The notes: generated from the sequence alone by a model not told the origin. A DNA stretch of 64,000 bases from Paraphysomonas bandaiensis (GCA_965644295.1 CBFFRP010000054.1:22831-86830); one strand, 5' to 3'. Shown: positions 13,045 through 25,748, counted from the first letter of the stretch. A program made the numbers and translations.

Positions 13045-13569
13045 ATGAATGTACTAGAGCTTGTAAGGAGTAAACTGGTGTTTTCATCACCGACTGTGAG
13101 GCGTAAACCGAAATCATCAACTGCTTATACAATAGTTGATCCCACAGTTGATTGTCTGGATAGTCCATGCAGTGAGGGAGATGTAGAGGTTACAGCATCA
13201 CTTATGCATATAGAAGTACCTTCTGTGAGTGTGATGTACACGGAAATGGAAAATTATGTCGCATTCAGCCCAACACACCCTCGCTCCCCACCTGCCTCTG
13301 CATATCCCAGCGTGTGGAAAAGTAGACTTGCTGCCTGTAAACGTTTTGCCACACGCGCTCTATCTCTTGCCTCGCCTAGGACATCTTTACGCTCTGACAG
13401 TCCTAGTGTACTTGAACATGATGAATTTTCTACATCATCAACAGCATCGAGGTTTCAGCGCTTCAAAACTTATGCTGCTGCGAAACTGAGTTCTCTACGT
13501 ATGTTTGAGTTTCGTAAATCGAAGAGAGAAAAAGCTGATATTCTCTTAGACGAGTTTCCATTACTGTAA
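13045..13569 (+). CDS. Hypothetical Ser/Pro-rich protein, intronless
   Basis: ~174-codon ORF with coding-like composition between AT-rich flanks; no family motif recognised. Confidence 0.55.
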   Translation: MNVLELVRSKLVFSSPTVRRKPKSSTAYTIVDPTVDCLDSPCSEGDVEVTASLMHIEVPSVSVMYTEMENYVAFSPTHPRSPPASAYPSVWKSRLAACKRFATRALSLASPRTSLRSDSPSVLEHDEFSTSSTASRFQRFKTYAAAKLSSLRMFEFRKSKREKADILLDEFPLL

Positions 13570-14354
13570 GTTTTGTGCTGATTCTACTGGAGATGTAAAA
13601 CGGAGTTTCGATACCTGTAGTTAGCAATGAGACATGTTTATGAGTTATTCGAAAAAATATGCACATCATGCACTGTCAGTAGAGAACTAGTATGAAAGAT
13701 TCTTTCATTAATTTTAATTCATTAGACTGTTTTGATTTTTTGAAAAGTATAGGCTGAGTTTGCTATTGCTATACGTGCAGTGAATTTGGCATGTACACAT
13801 GTATTAGTAGCAATTAGCATGTCCTATTTAGTAATTACATCGACTCGATTCTAACACATCAGCCAACCTATCAAACAAGCTAAACACATAAAGAAAAGAA
13901 TTTAACACGATATAAGGCCTTCATGTCGATGTCGGGTACAACTTGGCGTCTTTATTAGGATTCAGCTCAATACATGATAGTATCTGTGAGTTATAATGTT
14001 CAATGAAATATATCATGAACTTACTTAGAGAGAGTATCTGTCGAGGATATATGATCGTCATCATAGCGATCGTCATTATTAGTTACACTTCTCACTATTC
14101 CGTTGTGCAAGATAGTTATGTTTTATATTGTTATTCATAGTTATCACTTTACTGTGTTCATTACTTTACACTCTAATAATCACAACATTGTTTTACTGTT
14201 ACTAAGATCAATTCTTTATTGTCTTCTATATTGTATGGAGTATGGATAGGTTATCGAAGTAGTCATCTTCGACAAATAAGAAAACTTCTCAAATATTAAG
14301 TCATTATAAAGTACAAAGTGTTTTGAAATTAAACTTTTAGTAACAATGAAGTAG

Positions 14355-14744
14355 AAGTAGTGGATGTTTTACTATTAACAATAATGGCTTTTAAGAGCGC
14401 AATATAACTAACTAGTGCTTAGCTCTGATGTCCTACTATTTAGCGCTACGAAAGGTGCTTGTGCATCACCACAAGCACCAAGTGGCAACCATTGCTATGA
14501 CTCAAAGCAAACGCCGTGACTATGCAGTATTTTGACATACCTGACTTCAGGATTTAAAGGTACCGTCTACACAAGTGACACTTACTAGTAATTTACCTTG
14601 TACCTCACTAGAATTTGGCTATAAGTAGGCAGAACAATAGCTGCTGACTATATACGCGGCTCACGTTTGTTTCCCAAAAAATATCCCCGGTACTTATCGC
14701 CCAGAACACCACGAGAAGGTACGAGTCCGACTTTGTTGAAAGGC
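14355..14744 (-). mobile_element. 390-bp SINE-like or 5'-truncated LINE-like insertion with 11-bp flanking direct repeats
   Basis: CAATGAAGTAG at 14344-14354 and 14745-14755; internal 10-bp hairpin GGTGCTTGTG/CACAAGCACC; homologous pieces at 6258-6365 and 20243-20407. Confidence 0.6.
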
Positions 14745-15233
14745 CAATGAAGTAGTTTTAATTTAATGAAATATGCCTTAAACTGTAGAGCGATAAATTT
14801 ACGATGAATTTAGTTATAAAGTTAGACACTAGAAGTTAAGTATTGCCAATTCAACATACAGGATATTCATCATATATGCCCGCCACTATGTATGGTAAAT
14901 AGCTGGGCTTTGGGCTTTAATTTCAGGACTGACTGTGAAAGTCTTATCGAATATTCCGAGTTGAAATGCTTCTCGAATATACAAATCTCGATAAAAGAGT
15001 GCTTGTCTTAGAGTGCAAATATCATAAAATTATTATTCATCACATCATGATGTCACAAAATGACTAATCCAACAGTTAACACCTAAGTGATTATACAATG
15101 AGGAGCACATTTGAAGGCGTACTCACTGTGATGGCAACAGACGCGTCGTAGCAACAGAAAACTATCAACAAACCCTTGAAAAGAGCCATAAACTATACAA
15201 ACTTCATGAATGCAAGTCATATGTGTACATACT

Positions 15234-16867
15234 CTATCTTCCCCAATCGTCATTCTCCTCATACAACGAGAAATTATCCTTCGAGGGCTCCAGTTTGGTC
15301 ATAATGATTACAAGAGCCCAGCTGAAGGACAAGGCAAAGAGAGTGATTGATACAAGTCTTAATCCCCACTGCACAAATTCATTACACAGTGTCACAGCTC
15401 TATCAGGTATACCTTCGTATAAAAGTTGTCTAGCTCATGAGTGAGGGCCATGATGCCAGCAATAATCCCTTGTATTGCCCCACCAAAATGTGCGGCCCAA
15501 TCCACATATTTACTGAACGAGAACACAAGCTACAGGGCACCATTACACACACGGATTCGAAAAAAGTCATAAATACCGTGAGTGTGATTGCTGCTGTGAC
15601 CATTACAAGTTGACAGTTTCTCTGTGTTCGACATTCTTGAGGTACCTTCTTCCTACAAGACATCGTAAAGTATTCATCCTTAAAAAAAAGCTACTCACCA
15701 TCTAAATACAATCCATACCAGCCAAGCGGAGAGCATGCCGAGGACAGCCCCGCTACTACCCACCCCAACAGAGTCAGGAAGAAATATACAGCTAGCAGGT
15801 GACATATACGATTAGGACATGCAGAGCTTGTGTGATAAAAAGCGCTACCTTAGCATATTGCCGTATATTCCCGATGCAAAATAGACGAAAAGCCACTGAG
15901 GAGTACCAAAGACTAGATTAAGGTATCCGCCAACGCGTAACTATAACACGGTCAACAAAGTTCATAATGTTACGAGGTACATGGGTAACCTGAATAATCC
16001 CATTAGACAATATGTGTACCACTCCAGCATGGAGAAAAATAGGAGTAAAAAGTCTCCACCACTCGTGTCGGTATACTAACAGGCCAGCCTCCTTAGCGCC
16101 GTACCGTACCTGAAAAACATATTTCCGTAAACAAAAACGGATAACAATGAGTTTCTAATATTAAGGTAATGCAAATTTACGTACGGACGAGACATTATTA
16201 CCATGGTGGTCGCAGGGGGGCCTACTAGAGGATTTTCATCTCTTGGAGCATATCCATCGTCCTGAATCATTGCGATCAGCACACCGATCTAGTCCAATAC
16301 ACGTTAGCTCAGAAAAAATATCTGAAGAGTTCAACACACCTGAGCCAATAATATGAGGGTAGATATGGTAACCAACTGCCGTTTGCAACTTGACGCACTG
16401 TACTCCTTGCTATCGAAATCTCCACGACGTCTCTGCCTGCCTGCCTGTGTCTCTTCTCCTATTTCGAACTCCATAGCTTGCAGAGCTCTGGCCATAGTAA
16501 AATCATCCATCCAACCGTGCTGTGCTTCTTCGGTAGTGGGTAGAACATCTGCCTCAAGGTCATCCATTCTGAGATCTATTAACTCCTGTTGCATTTTCAT
16601 TTCGGCATCTGTAGGCTCATCAGCGTATTGAGGCTGATATAAACTAACGCGTTGTTCGTATCGTTCAGGTGTATAAAGCTTATCATATCCATTCCTTGAT
16701 GATGTTGTTCCTTGACTTAATGATAATGCAAGATCATGATCTTTCTTTAATTGTCGTTGTACTTTAATCTCTTCAGGTATAACATCATTGTCTGTTATCG
16801 GTATGGATGTCCCACTCTCAGGATCAACTAAAACATCGCGCTCTGCATCATAATACATAGAACTCAT
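15234..16867 (-). CDS. Rhomboid intramembrane serine protease with a long soluble N-terminus, multi-exon
   Basis: ENPLVGPP, HEWWRLFTPIFLHAGVVH, catalytic VGSSGAVLG and DWAAHFGG motifs. Confidence 0.92.
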
Positions 16868-17606
16868 TACAGCAAAGGTGATAATCTATTTCAATTGGGA
16901 GGCTGCATATGAGCCATATATGGCAATATATTTAATAGAAATGATTCCCAAAATTTCCAGTTTTGGTCGAAGGAGTCCAAGTAGTGTACTATATTCTACC
17001 TGTTTTTTTATAGGATATTCAGATAGGAGATTCCCTTATTTCAAGTGTTGGTCATACGATACACCAATGCAGCTGATTGGCTGAAAATGTATTCTCAACA
17101 CTTCCTCTCTATAAGAACTCCACTCATCCCAATAACTAAAAACTGAATATCATCCATATTCTGGGGGTGGTTGTGTATGTCGATTTTATCGATTATTTCA
17201 TCATTTATTTCATTGAAAAGTCATCGTTTTATCTTTAAAAAGTAACTTTTTTCACTTTTCACTTGAAATAAATGATGAACAAATTGATAAAATCGATATG
17301 CACAACCTCCCGTATACTTCGTACTGATGTACTGGTATCGCCGTATAGCAGCGTATGGGAGCTATATAACCAATAGGAATAGGACTCTCTATTTTTTTGA
17401 TTGGTGGTTGTGGTTTAGAAGAAACCATGAAGATAAAGACGAAGTTGTGAAAGTGTGATGAGATACATACATATGAATATATAGAGAAGTAGTTCACTAT
17501 AGAGACGAGAGGTACGGTACTATAAACCACATAGTTACTATAAGATACCACTATATAGAGTGAATCGTTATTATTCTTTGGATTTCTACAAGATAGATTT
17601 GTAGAA

Positions 17607-19864
17607 ATGGAAATGTTAACACGTCTTCTTCATTCAGGGATCATCCCATTTGCTCTGATACCAATTACAATGACATTTATACGAAGAATGAATCAAACAG
17701 TATTGATTAGTAATAAGCAATCTGTTGATCATACAAACAACACTATAGATAAATTATCTGTAACAATTTTGTATGGGACAACAACAGGAACATCTAAGAA
17801 AATGGCTTATGAATTAATGGAGAGGATAGTTGCTTTTGGTAATGTAGTGACTGTAAATATATGCGATATGAAAGAGTATGATTTGGATTCATTGGAAAGT
17901 GAGAATGTTGTGTTGATACTATGCTCTACTTGGACTGGTGGTACAGTCCCTGAATTATGTGAACCATTTATGGCTGGTTTACAAGATTTAGCTAATGATT
18001 TCAGAGTAAGCAAAAATCTTCTTGACAAAGTGAAGTTTGCTGTTATGGGTCTTGGAGGAAAGGTGTATGGTGAGAATTTCTGTAAATCGGTGAGTCTATT
18101 TCTCTTTTTCTGTATTCTCTTCTTATATATTATCAGTCACTTGATATCCATAACACTTTGGTTTCTCTGGGGGCATCACCTTTATTAGGGGTGGTATATG
18201 GGGATGACGCTAGCGACCTGAGTGCGCGCTTCACTTCTTGGAGTTGCCGAGTTGAGAGTAGCGTTCTTTCACTTTGCCCATCAAGTGGGCTGGAGTCACA
18301 AGCCCCTGTTTCAACTTCTGGTGGTCGGCGTAATGGAAAAGTCCAACGTCTGAAAGGCAGCGCGAGGAAGTCTTCCCCACCTTCGGAATCCTGTGGTGAC
18401 TGTTCATGTGGAGAACCTCCGGTGGAGCCAGCTACGCGCCCGAAGAAAAAGAAGAAGCAGAAAAAAGTTATACCTGAAGAGGAGGAACTCGAGGAGGAAG
18501 ATATTATCAATAATACCTTCGTATGCGATAGTGATAGCGATGAAGAAGGTGGAGTAGTGGAGAGCAAAGGCGAAGCTGAGGGACTTGTTGATGTCGAAGA
18601 CCTAGGAACATCCATGGCTAATGCTGAAGAGGAGAGTCGAGCTGTGGGAAGGGAAATGGTGACTAAGCTCCAGCGCAAAGCCCTGACGAAAGAAGGATAT
18701 AAAATTATCGGTACTCATAGTGCAGTAAAGATGTGTCGCTGGACGAAGAATCAAATGCGTGGCAGGGGAGGATGCTATAAACACTCATTTTATGGCATTA
18801 CCTCATACCAGTGTATGGAAGCAACCCCATCCCTCGCATGTGCTAACAAGTGCGTATTCTGCTGGAGACACCACAAAAACCCAGTTGGTACTGAGTGGAG
18901 GTGGAAAACGGACTCACCTGATATGATTGTTTCACAAGCCATATCAGAACATCAGGCAATGGTTAATCAAATGCGCGGTGTTCCTGGAGTTCTCCCAGAG
19001 AGGTTTAAAGAAGCATTTACTGTTCGTCACTGCGCACTTTCTCTTGTCGGTGAACCAATCATGTATCCCCACATTAATGAGATGGTAAAGCAGTTGCACG
19101 ATCGAAAAATCAGTACCTTTCTTGTGACCAACGCGCAGTTTCCTGAGGCTATACGTGATATGGATCCAGTTACTCAGTTGTATGTCTCTGTAGACGCAGC
19201 AACTAGCGAATCAATGAAAGCAATTGACCGTCCATTGTTTAAAGACTTTTGGCAGCGTTTCCGCACATCATTGGTGCATATGCGAGAAAAGCGACAGCGA
19301 ACAGTGTATCGTATGACATTAGTGAAGAGCTGGAATATGGATGAGGTTCAGCAGTATTCTGACCTAATTGCGGAGGGTTGTCCGGATTTCATAGAAATTA
19401 AGGCCGTCACATACTGCGGTAAGTCAGATGCATCCTCCCTGACTATGCAGAATGTTCCATGGCACCACGAGGTGTGTGACTACGCTGAGGCCATATCAGC
19501 CAACCTAAAAGCACGTAATAATAATAACAGCGACGAAGCTGTCTACGTGCCCGGCTACAGTATTGCGACAGAGCACGAGCACTCATGTTGTGTCCTTCTT
19601 GCCAGAGAGGATAAATTCAAAGTAGATGGAGAGTGGTACACATGGATTGACTACAACAAATTCGATGAATTGATAGCAGAATACTATGCATCAGGCGGAG
19701 AGAAGAAGTTCACCAGTTCAGACTACATGGCCAAGACACCATCGTGGGCTCTGTACAAGTCAGCCGAACGAGGATTTGATCCCGTTGAGTCTAGATGGCG
19801 AAGGAACAAAGCAGGAGCAATTGTTGAGATTGAATACAAGGCCAGTGATTCAGGATGTGGCTAG
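17607..19864 (+). CDS. TYW1: S-adenosyl-L-methionine-dependent tRNA 4-demethylwyosine synthase; exons 17607-18089, 18137-19864
   Basis: Flavodoxin domain (YGTTTGTS, STWTGG, FAVMGLG), then GYKIIGTHSAVKMCRWTK, GGCYKHSFYGI, radical SAM CANKCVFCWR, ALSLVGEP. Confidence 0.97.
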
Positions 19865-20242
19865 ATTTATTATCGAAATGCCTAAAAGTGCGTATTAATC
19901 CCGTTCAGTGTAATTAGCTAAGATCTGTAGGTTGCTGAGTACTGATAACGAATAATAAGACTAGTAGTGGCATAAATCCAGAAATTTCTTAATATTTAGA
20001 GGAATTAGTATTTTCGATCAGTATGTTTACTACTTACTACTTACTGTAACATAATGCCGTTAAAGTTATATCTGTACTAAATTATTTCACGGAATATTGA
20101 AACTAACGAATATGGAATATTTCGCGGTACACGTTATTAACGAAATGAATTTGGGCTTCTTAATGCATGAAATACTTAACACTAATGTCAAGACTTCTAT
20201 CAACTGAAGTCAAGCATCCGGGCTGTTGACCTTAAGGACTCT

Positions 20243-20407
20243 AAAATCCTGAAGTCAGCAGATGTAATATCAACATTCTGCTGGGTCATTGTGTTTGCTT
20301 TGAGTGATATAGAGAGTGATATATACACCTTGATGCTTGCGGCGACGTACAAGGTACAAGCAGCTATCGCAGCGTTAAATAGTAGGATATCAGAGTTAAG
20401 CATTAAG
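20243..20407 (+). repeat. Diverged copy of the 14355-14744 family
   Basis: Aligns to the reverse complement of 14405-14555 (AAATCCTGAAGTCAG, GTTTGCTTTGAGT, TGCTTG...CAAGCA hairpin, AAATAGTAGGA-ATCAGAG-TAAGCA); ends where the LTR-like segment starts. Confidence 0.7.
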
Positions 20408-20624
20408 TGTTGAGATCTGAAGATACTATATACTTGCAATTGAGTGCAGTATTATGTGAAATGCAAGCATCGAAAGATACATATATATGTATGTAATTAG
20501 TAGATTAAATTGTGTAGTCTGAAACTGAAGCAGAAGTTGGTGACTATACAGGATACGATTACTGAGTGTGTGGTTTGTACACTAAAGTGGTAAATGAATG
20601 GTGTTGAACACATCGAATACAACA
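20408..20624 (+). mobile_element. Putative LTR (TGTTG...CAACA)
   Basis: Canonical 5-bp inverted termini, internal TATATA, TGAAACTGAAG shared with the 5809/41308 repeats, next to the Copia relic. No TSD or clear PBS. Confidence 0.45.
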
Positions 20625-22283
20625 TAGATAGGTTCTTTATCATGTAATGTTTATAATTTCATCTTATCAATTGAGAATAGCAAACCTGAGCAAATAATGT
20701 CAAACAATTCTGTTATGGTAGCGGATGGTAGTTGTTGTAGGGATGGGGAAGTTGACAAGAAGCTACGGTTTGACAAGAACCAGGCAGAGTATTTAGCGAG
20801 AAATACCCTGATGTCTTGGAGGGGAAGGCAATTTTACCTGCTGATGATCCTGCTAAGGAGGTGTTATCCAGTGAGATCCTTCATACATTGGTTGATAGGT
20901 TCAGAGGCGAGATTGGGAACCACGTGCTCTCTCACCATGTGATACTTAATCTCAATGTACTTCGACTTCTTGTGAAACACTGGGTTTCGGCCAAACTCTG
21001 ACTGTCGATGAAGAATGGTGTGGGCTTGATAAGCCTCAACTTAATCTCACCCGTCACCCTCCGAACCCACAGCACTTCTTGAAGACCCGAGTAAATACAC
21101 TGATACTCAGACTGCATGCTTGACGTTGCCACTGTCGTCTGCAATTTGGACTGCCAGACTATATAGACCCTCCCGCTGCAAATATACCCAACGTACCCCG
21201 ATGTGGACTTCCTGGACAGCTGGTCTCCCGCCCAATCCGCGTCAGTAAACATATTATGATGGAAGTCGAACCGTCTACTCCCATATTGAATCCCTTTGTC
21301 AACAGAACCACGAATATATTGCCATACGTATGCTAATATAGCTTGCATACTTCAATATTCACCTTGTTACTGAACCGAGACAGTACTCCCACCGCATAAG
21401 CAATCTCCGGCCTCGTGTTCATGGATAGATATAGTAATGCACCTATCAGCGGCCGATATGAGAAGTTATCTACTGTAAGCTGTTCCTCCTCGGTATGCGC
21501 ATGCCGCGCCCCTTTTGCCACTAAATCCATTGCTTCTGCAGGTAGAGGACTCTTCAGTTCCTTTCACGGTGGCCCAAGATACTTCTCAAACTTTTCTAAG
21601 ATCTTAGCCGCATATACTGATTGGTCAAGACGAATATACTTTTTGGCGTCCTTGTGACTCGAACATTCAGAAAATGTTCCATCTCGTCCATGTCCTACAT
21701 ATCAAACCGGGCACACAGTTGAGCTTTAATATCCTTCACTATGTTGACATACATCACGACCTAAAACTAGGATATATCATCCACATAATATATCGTTAAT
21801 AATACCAATTCATCGCCCTTATACTGATAATACAAACACGGGTCTAATACACATGGTTTAAAAAATGCATATATCGTATAAATTTATTCAATGTTTTCCA
21901 CCATGACCGCGGGGGGCTCCGAAGCCGTATAACTGCTTCTTCAACGTAAAGCAGTACCCCTCAGGCAGCTGAAAGTCCGGAGTTGCTATCATATATACGC
22001 CCCCTCTATATCTGCATATAGAAATTATGTGTTAGACGCATCCAGTTGATGAATTACCATGTTCATCACGAAGGCTATGGCGATTAACAGTCGCACTGTT
22101 ACCCCCTTAACAACGGGAGCGAAATGGTTCGCCCAACCACTCGACTGCTGTCCACAACCGATTGCTACAAGACGAGCCTTATATCGGCGGACCTCTCTTT
22201 CCTTATCGTACTTCTTTCCATAATAGACGTACTTGGAGTGCAGTGGGACGACTCCGTCCGGTATACGAGTCACCTCCATGGTG

Positions 22284-22327
22284 TCTCGCTTCGCCAGACC
22301 CTCTCGCTTCGCCAGACCCTCTCGCTC
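22284..22327. repeat. 18-bp tandem repeat (~2.4 copies) inside the Copia relic
   Basis: TCTCGCTTCGCCAGACCC twice plus a partial third copy. Confidence 0.85.
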
Positions 22328-22738
22328 TCTACACGGCGAGCTCGTCTCCACTCCCTGTGCTTGGCACTCTCCAAGGACTCACGATGTGTCTGAGAGGCAC
22401 TGTCGACTCTTCCGCTGACATCCACACTGAGTCTGCCTCCTGTAAAAGGTAACTCACATCACCCTCATCACTCAAATGATGGATTTGTCTTAACACTGAC
22501 ACATTCGTGACCGTCCTTGGAGCTCTTGCGCGCTTGCCGTGCGGATGATTCTCGGCAGGATCCGTTCCCCCGAAGGTGATGCTGAGTCAGCCTGGGGCTG
22601 CACCTGCCCACTTTCCGACTACTGTGGCATCACTCCGCTGATACCGCCGTCACGGTTGTCAGTAACTCTGGCCCTAACCACACTCTGCGCAAGATCCTCT
22701 GTCATCTTCTTGATGTCAGCAATGTGAATAGGGGTCTA

Positions 22739-22949
22739 CATGTAGTCTATATCAGGTGTCGACACACATGTGGAAGTGCATTCTCTGATTAGTAGTAGTT
22801 TTCTGCTATGTACACTGCAACTAATATATGGTGTAGATAACAATGTGTAGAATGTAAAAATATAGAGATTTATTATATGTGTACTGTACGTACGTGTGTA
22901 GCGTTTTCATACTTCGCTTCATGCACATCCTCTGGATTACAGTGCATTG
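22739..22949. repeat. 211-bp TA-flanked insertion, inverted copy of 24262-24470
   Basis: Matches the reverse complement of 24262-24470 except for 2 substitutions and one 2-bp indel; TA on both sides. Confidence 0.92.
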
Positions 22950-23873
22950 TAATTTCTCCACTTATGAACCTGGTCACCAGTAACCAACGACCGGTATCCC
23001 ACAATAAGCCCCTTCCTTATCACCACTCTGTTGGTCGTATAGCAGAGCACCGTCCTCATGGTGCTTAACCTCAAACTCACCCGGTTGGCGAGCCTTGGGG
23101 TTTATAGCCACTTGAGCCTCCTCCAGCTCTCTATAATAATCTTGAGACCTCTCAGGTACCGATTCATCAAACAATACATGTACAGAGTGTACTGCGGTAT
23201 CCCCCACTTGCACCTTGTATCCTTTTCGATCAGCTGGATACCCTATGAAGTAACCTGTCTTTGCTTTGTTCTCCCAGTCCTTCCTCCTGTCGGTCTTAGG
23301 TGTTAGCACATATGCTTTACATCCCCATTTCCGTAGCCACGATAGGCTGGGAACGCTCCCCCCTGGGACACATTCATATGGAGACATCCATCCTTGCCAC
23401 GTCCGATTGGCATTCGTCGCACAATGTAACATGCAGTTGATACTTATCAAACCAGTATGACTTTGGAAGTCCGGATGTCGTCAACATCGTCAGTCTCATC
23501 TCCTCAATTGTTCGGAATTTCCTCTCAGACACCGCGTTGAGCTCTGGCGTGTCTCTCGTTGTATGTGACACCCGAATCCCATATCGCTGCAACAGATACT
23601 CTCTTATCTGCTGACTAATAAGTTCGGATCCTCCATCGGCATGATACTCTCGTACTTCACTAAATGAACCTCACATAAGTGTCGTAGACATTTGAAAACT
23701 TCATCTCCGCTTCGAGTCTTTAAACCATACTCCCATATCATCTTTGTCGCCAAGTCCGTAAATATAAGTACATACTTATAACCCTGTCTTGATTCACAAT
23801 TCAAGTACACTGAGATATCAGCTGTCACCCTTTCCAGAAACCTGACGGCGGCACGGGACAATGAGGAGCTAAG

Positions 23874-24105
23874 CGCTGTCAGGTTTCTGGAAAGGGTGAC
23901 AGTTGACATCTCAGTGTACCTGAATTGTGAATCCAGACAAGGCTATAAGTATGTACTTCTATTGGCGACAAAGATGATATGGGAGTATGGTTTAAAGACT
24001 CGAAGCGGAGATGAAGTTTTCAAATGTCTACGACACTTATGTGAGGTTCATTTAGTGAAGTACGAGGGGTGGAACCGTACTGTAGAGTATCATGCCGATG
24101 GAGGA
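23874..24105 (+). mobile_element. Second Copia integrase fragment, head-to-head with 23629-23850
   Basis: VDISVYLNCESRQGYKYVLLLATKMIWEYGLK...YHADGG, inverted relative to the left arm; 23-bp spacer at 23851-23873. Confidence 0.92.
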
Positions 24106-24261
24106 GAATATCTAGGCCAGCAATAATTAGCGCAAAGTACTCATATTTCATTACGAATCCTTACTCTCGACATACTCGGTTCTTTCCGATATATTCAACA
24201 GAGTTGATAGTTGATGTAATTCCAGAATAGTAAGCTCAACATGGGTGTAGTAGAAGGAATA

Positions 24262-24470
24262 CAATGCACTGTAATCCAGTGGATGTGCATGAAGCGAAGT
24301 ATGAAAACGCTACACACGTACGTACAGTACACATATAATAAATCTCTATATTTTTACATTCTACACATTGTTATCTACACCATATATTAGTTGCAGTACA
24401 TAGAAGAAAACTACTACTAATCAGAGAATGCACTTCCACATGTGTGTCGACACCTGATATAGACTACATG
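24262..24470. repeat. 209-bp TA-flanked partner of 22739-22949, just downstream of the cyclophilin stop
   Basis: Direct sequence comparison. Confidence 0.92.
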
Positions 24471-24487
24471 TAAACCGTACATTCAAT

Positions 24488-25120
24488 TCATAATGGATAC
24501 GCAACACCGCAATCTGAAATCGTTAGTTCTTCTGTTGGCTGGCCACTCTCAGTTCCAAACGTATTGATCTTGTGGAGTACTTCAAAGCTCTCTTCGCTAC
24601 AGAGACATCCAAACACAACACACCTGTTATCAAGGTCTTTAATTTCTGCAAATGTAACTTGAAAGAGTGAGCCATTTGTATCGGGCCCCATGTTACACAT
24701 AGAGAGTACACCGGGACCACAGTGCCGAAGAATAAAGTTTTCGTCTTTAAAAAAACCTCCTCCATATATTGACTTTGAACACGCCCCACCTTCGCCAAGT
24801 AGGTCGCCCCCAACAAATGTGAGATCACTGGTTACCCTACATATCACTAATAATCACATGATTGCATCAACAGCAAAATATCTTTACCGGTGAAGTTTAG
24901 TTCCTTTATACCGATACGGTACACCATCATCACCAACTCCACGTGCTCCAGAAATCAACGATAAGAAGTTTGCACAGGCAACAGGACATAAATCTCTTCT
25001 AAGTTCAAAGTATAATCTTCCCAACAGGACTGGTTCGCTTATTTTGGATGTTAACTGTAGTTTACCACCACCGGTTGTTATATCCATATATACAACGGGA
25101 TTCTCATCTCTACTAGACAT
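24488..25120 (-). CDS. Cyclophilin-family protein with a divergent active site, 2 exons
   Basis: NPVVYMDI, GRLYFELRRDLCPVACANF, YKGTKLHR|V, SIYGGGFFKDENF, GPGVLSMCNMGPDTNGS, VVFG. Confidence 0.93.
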
Positions 25121-25748
25121 TAGAGTAGTCTAATACCACACTATATAGTGGTGTTGTAGTGCAAATACTGATAGTATGGTATGTAAATCAGTGTGTATGT
25201 ATAAGTATACTGTTCAGTAGTTAGAGTGTATTATATAGCCTCCTCTCTACTTACTTAATGATCATATACATATGATTACAAACTGAGTAATTCTTTGCTT
25301 TATTTGATAGTAATAAACACTTGCGGTGTTGCTCTATTGTTGCTGTGGTTAAGCTTCCTTAATATATAGAGACATGTATGTACATGTACATATACATACA
25401 CAGTACATACACTATGCATATACAACAGTTTTTCTGTAATATTTATGTGGTTTTAATCTTAAAAAACATGCATTTCTGTGGTTTCTAGCTTGGAAAATAC
25501 CGTATGTGTTTCTAGACGAAAGTACAAAGTATGAGTTTATACTGTGGTAGTTGTGTATAAAAAGTATAGGTTTTCATATAATAGAAATCAGTTACTATAG
25601 AAAACTACTTAACGAGATGGGCATATTACATCGACAGGGTTTCATATGGTATTAAGTCTCCATTATCATGAATTAGCATGTTGGCTGCTTGTATGCAGCA
25701 TACTTTAATGGAATATCAATCAATGTGTTTGTTAGTAATATATTAGTG

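Larger units (their letters stand above)
20915..23850 (-). mobile_element. Degenerate Ty1/copia pol relic (integrase-RT-RNase H)
   Basis: Integrase (TADI...YVLIFTDLATK, DTPELNAVSERKFRT, WGCKAYVL), RT (YKARLVAIG, HQLDASN, LYVDDI, YRPLIGALLYL...RPEIAYAV), RNase H (FTDADWAGD..SRKSTSGY). INT-RT-RH order; many frameshifts and stops. Confidence 0.95.

Noticed and set aside
14424-14480. Hammerhead-like CTGATG...CGAAA + stem
   Set aside because: The core is CTGATGT rather than CTGANGA, there is no UH cleavage site, and GAAA is not kept in the 20243 copy.
22739-24470. A single 1.7-kb transposon with 210-bp TIRs that captured integrase
   Set aside because: The Copia frame is continuous across the left copy, so that copy is an insertion rather than an element end.
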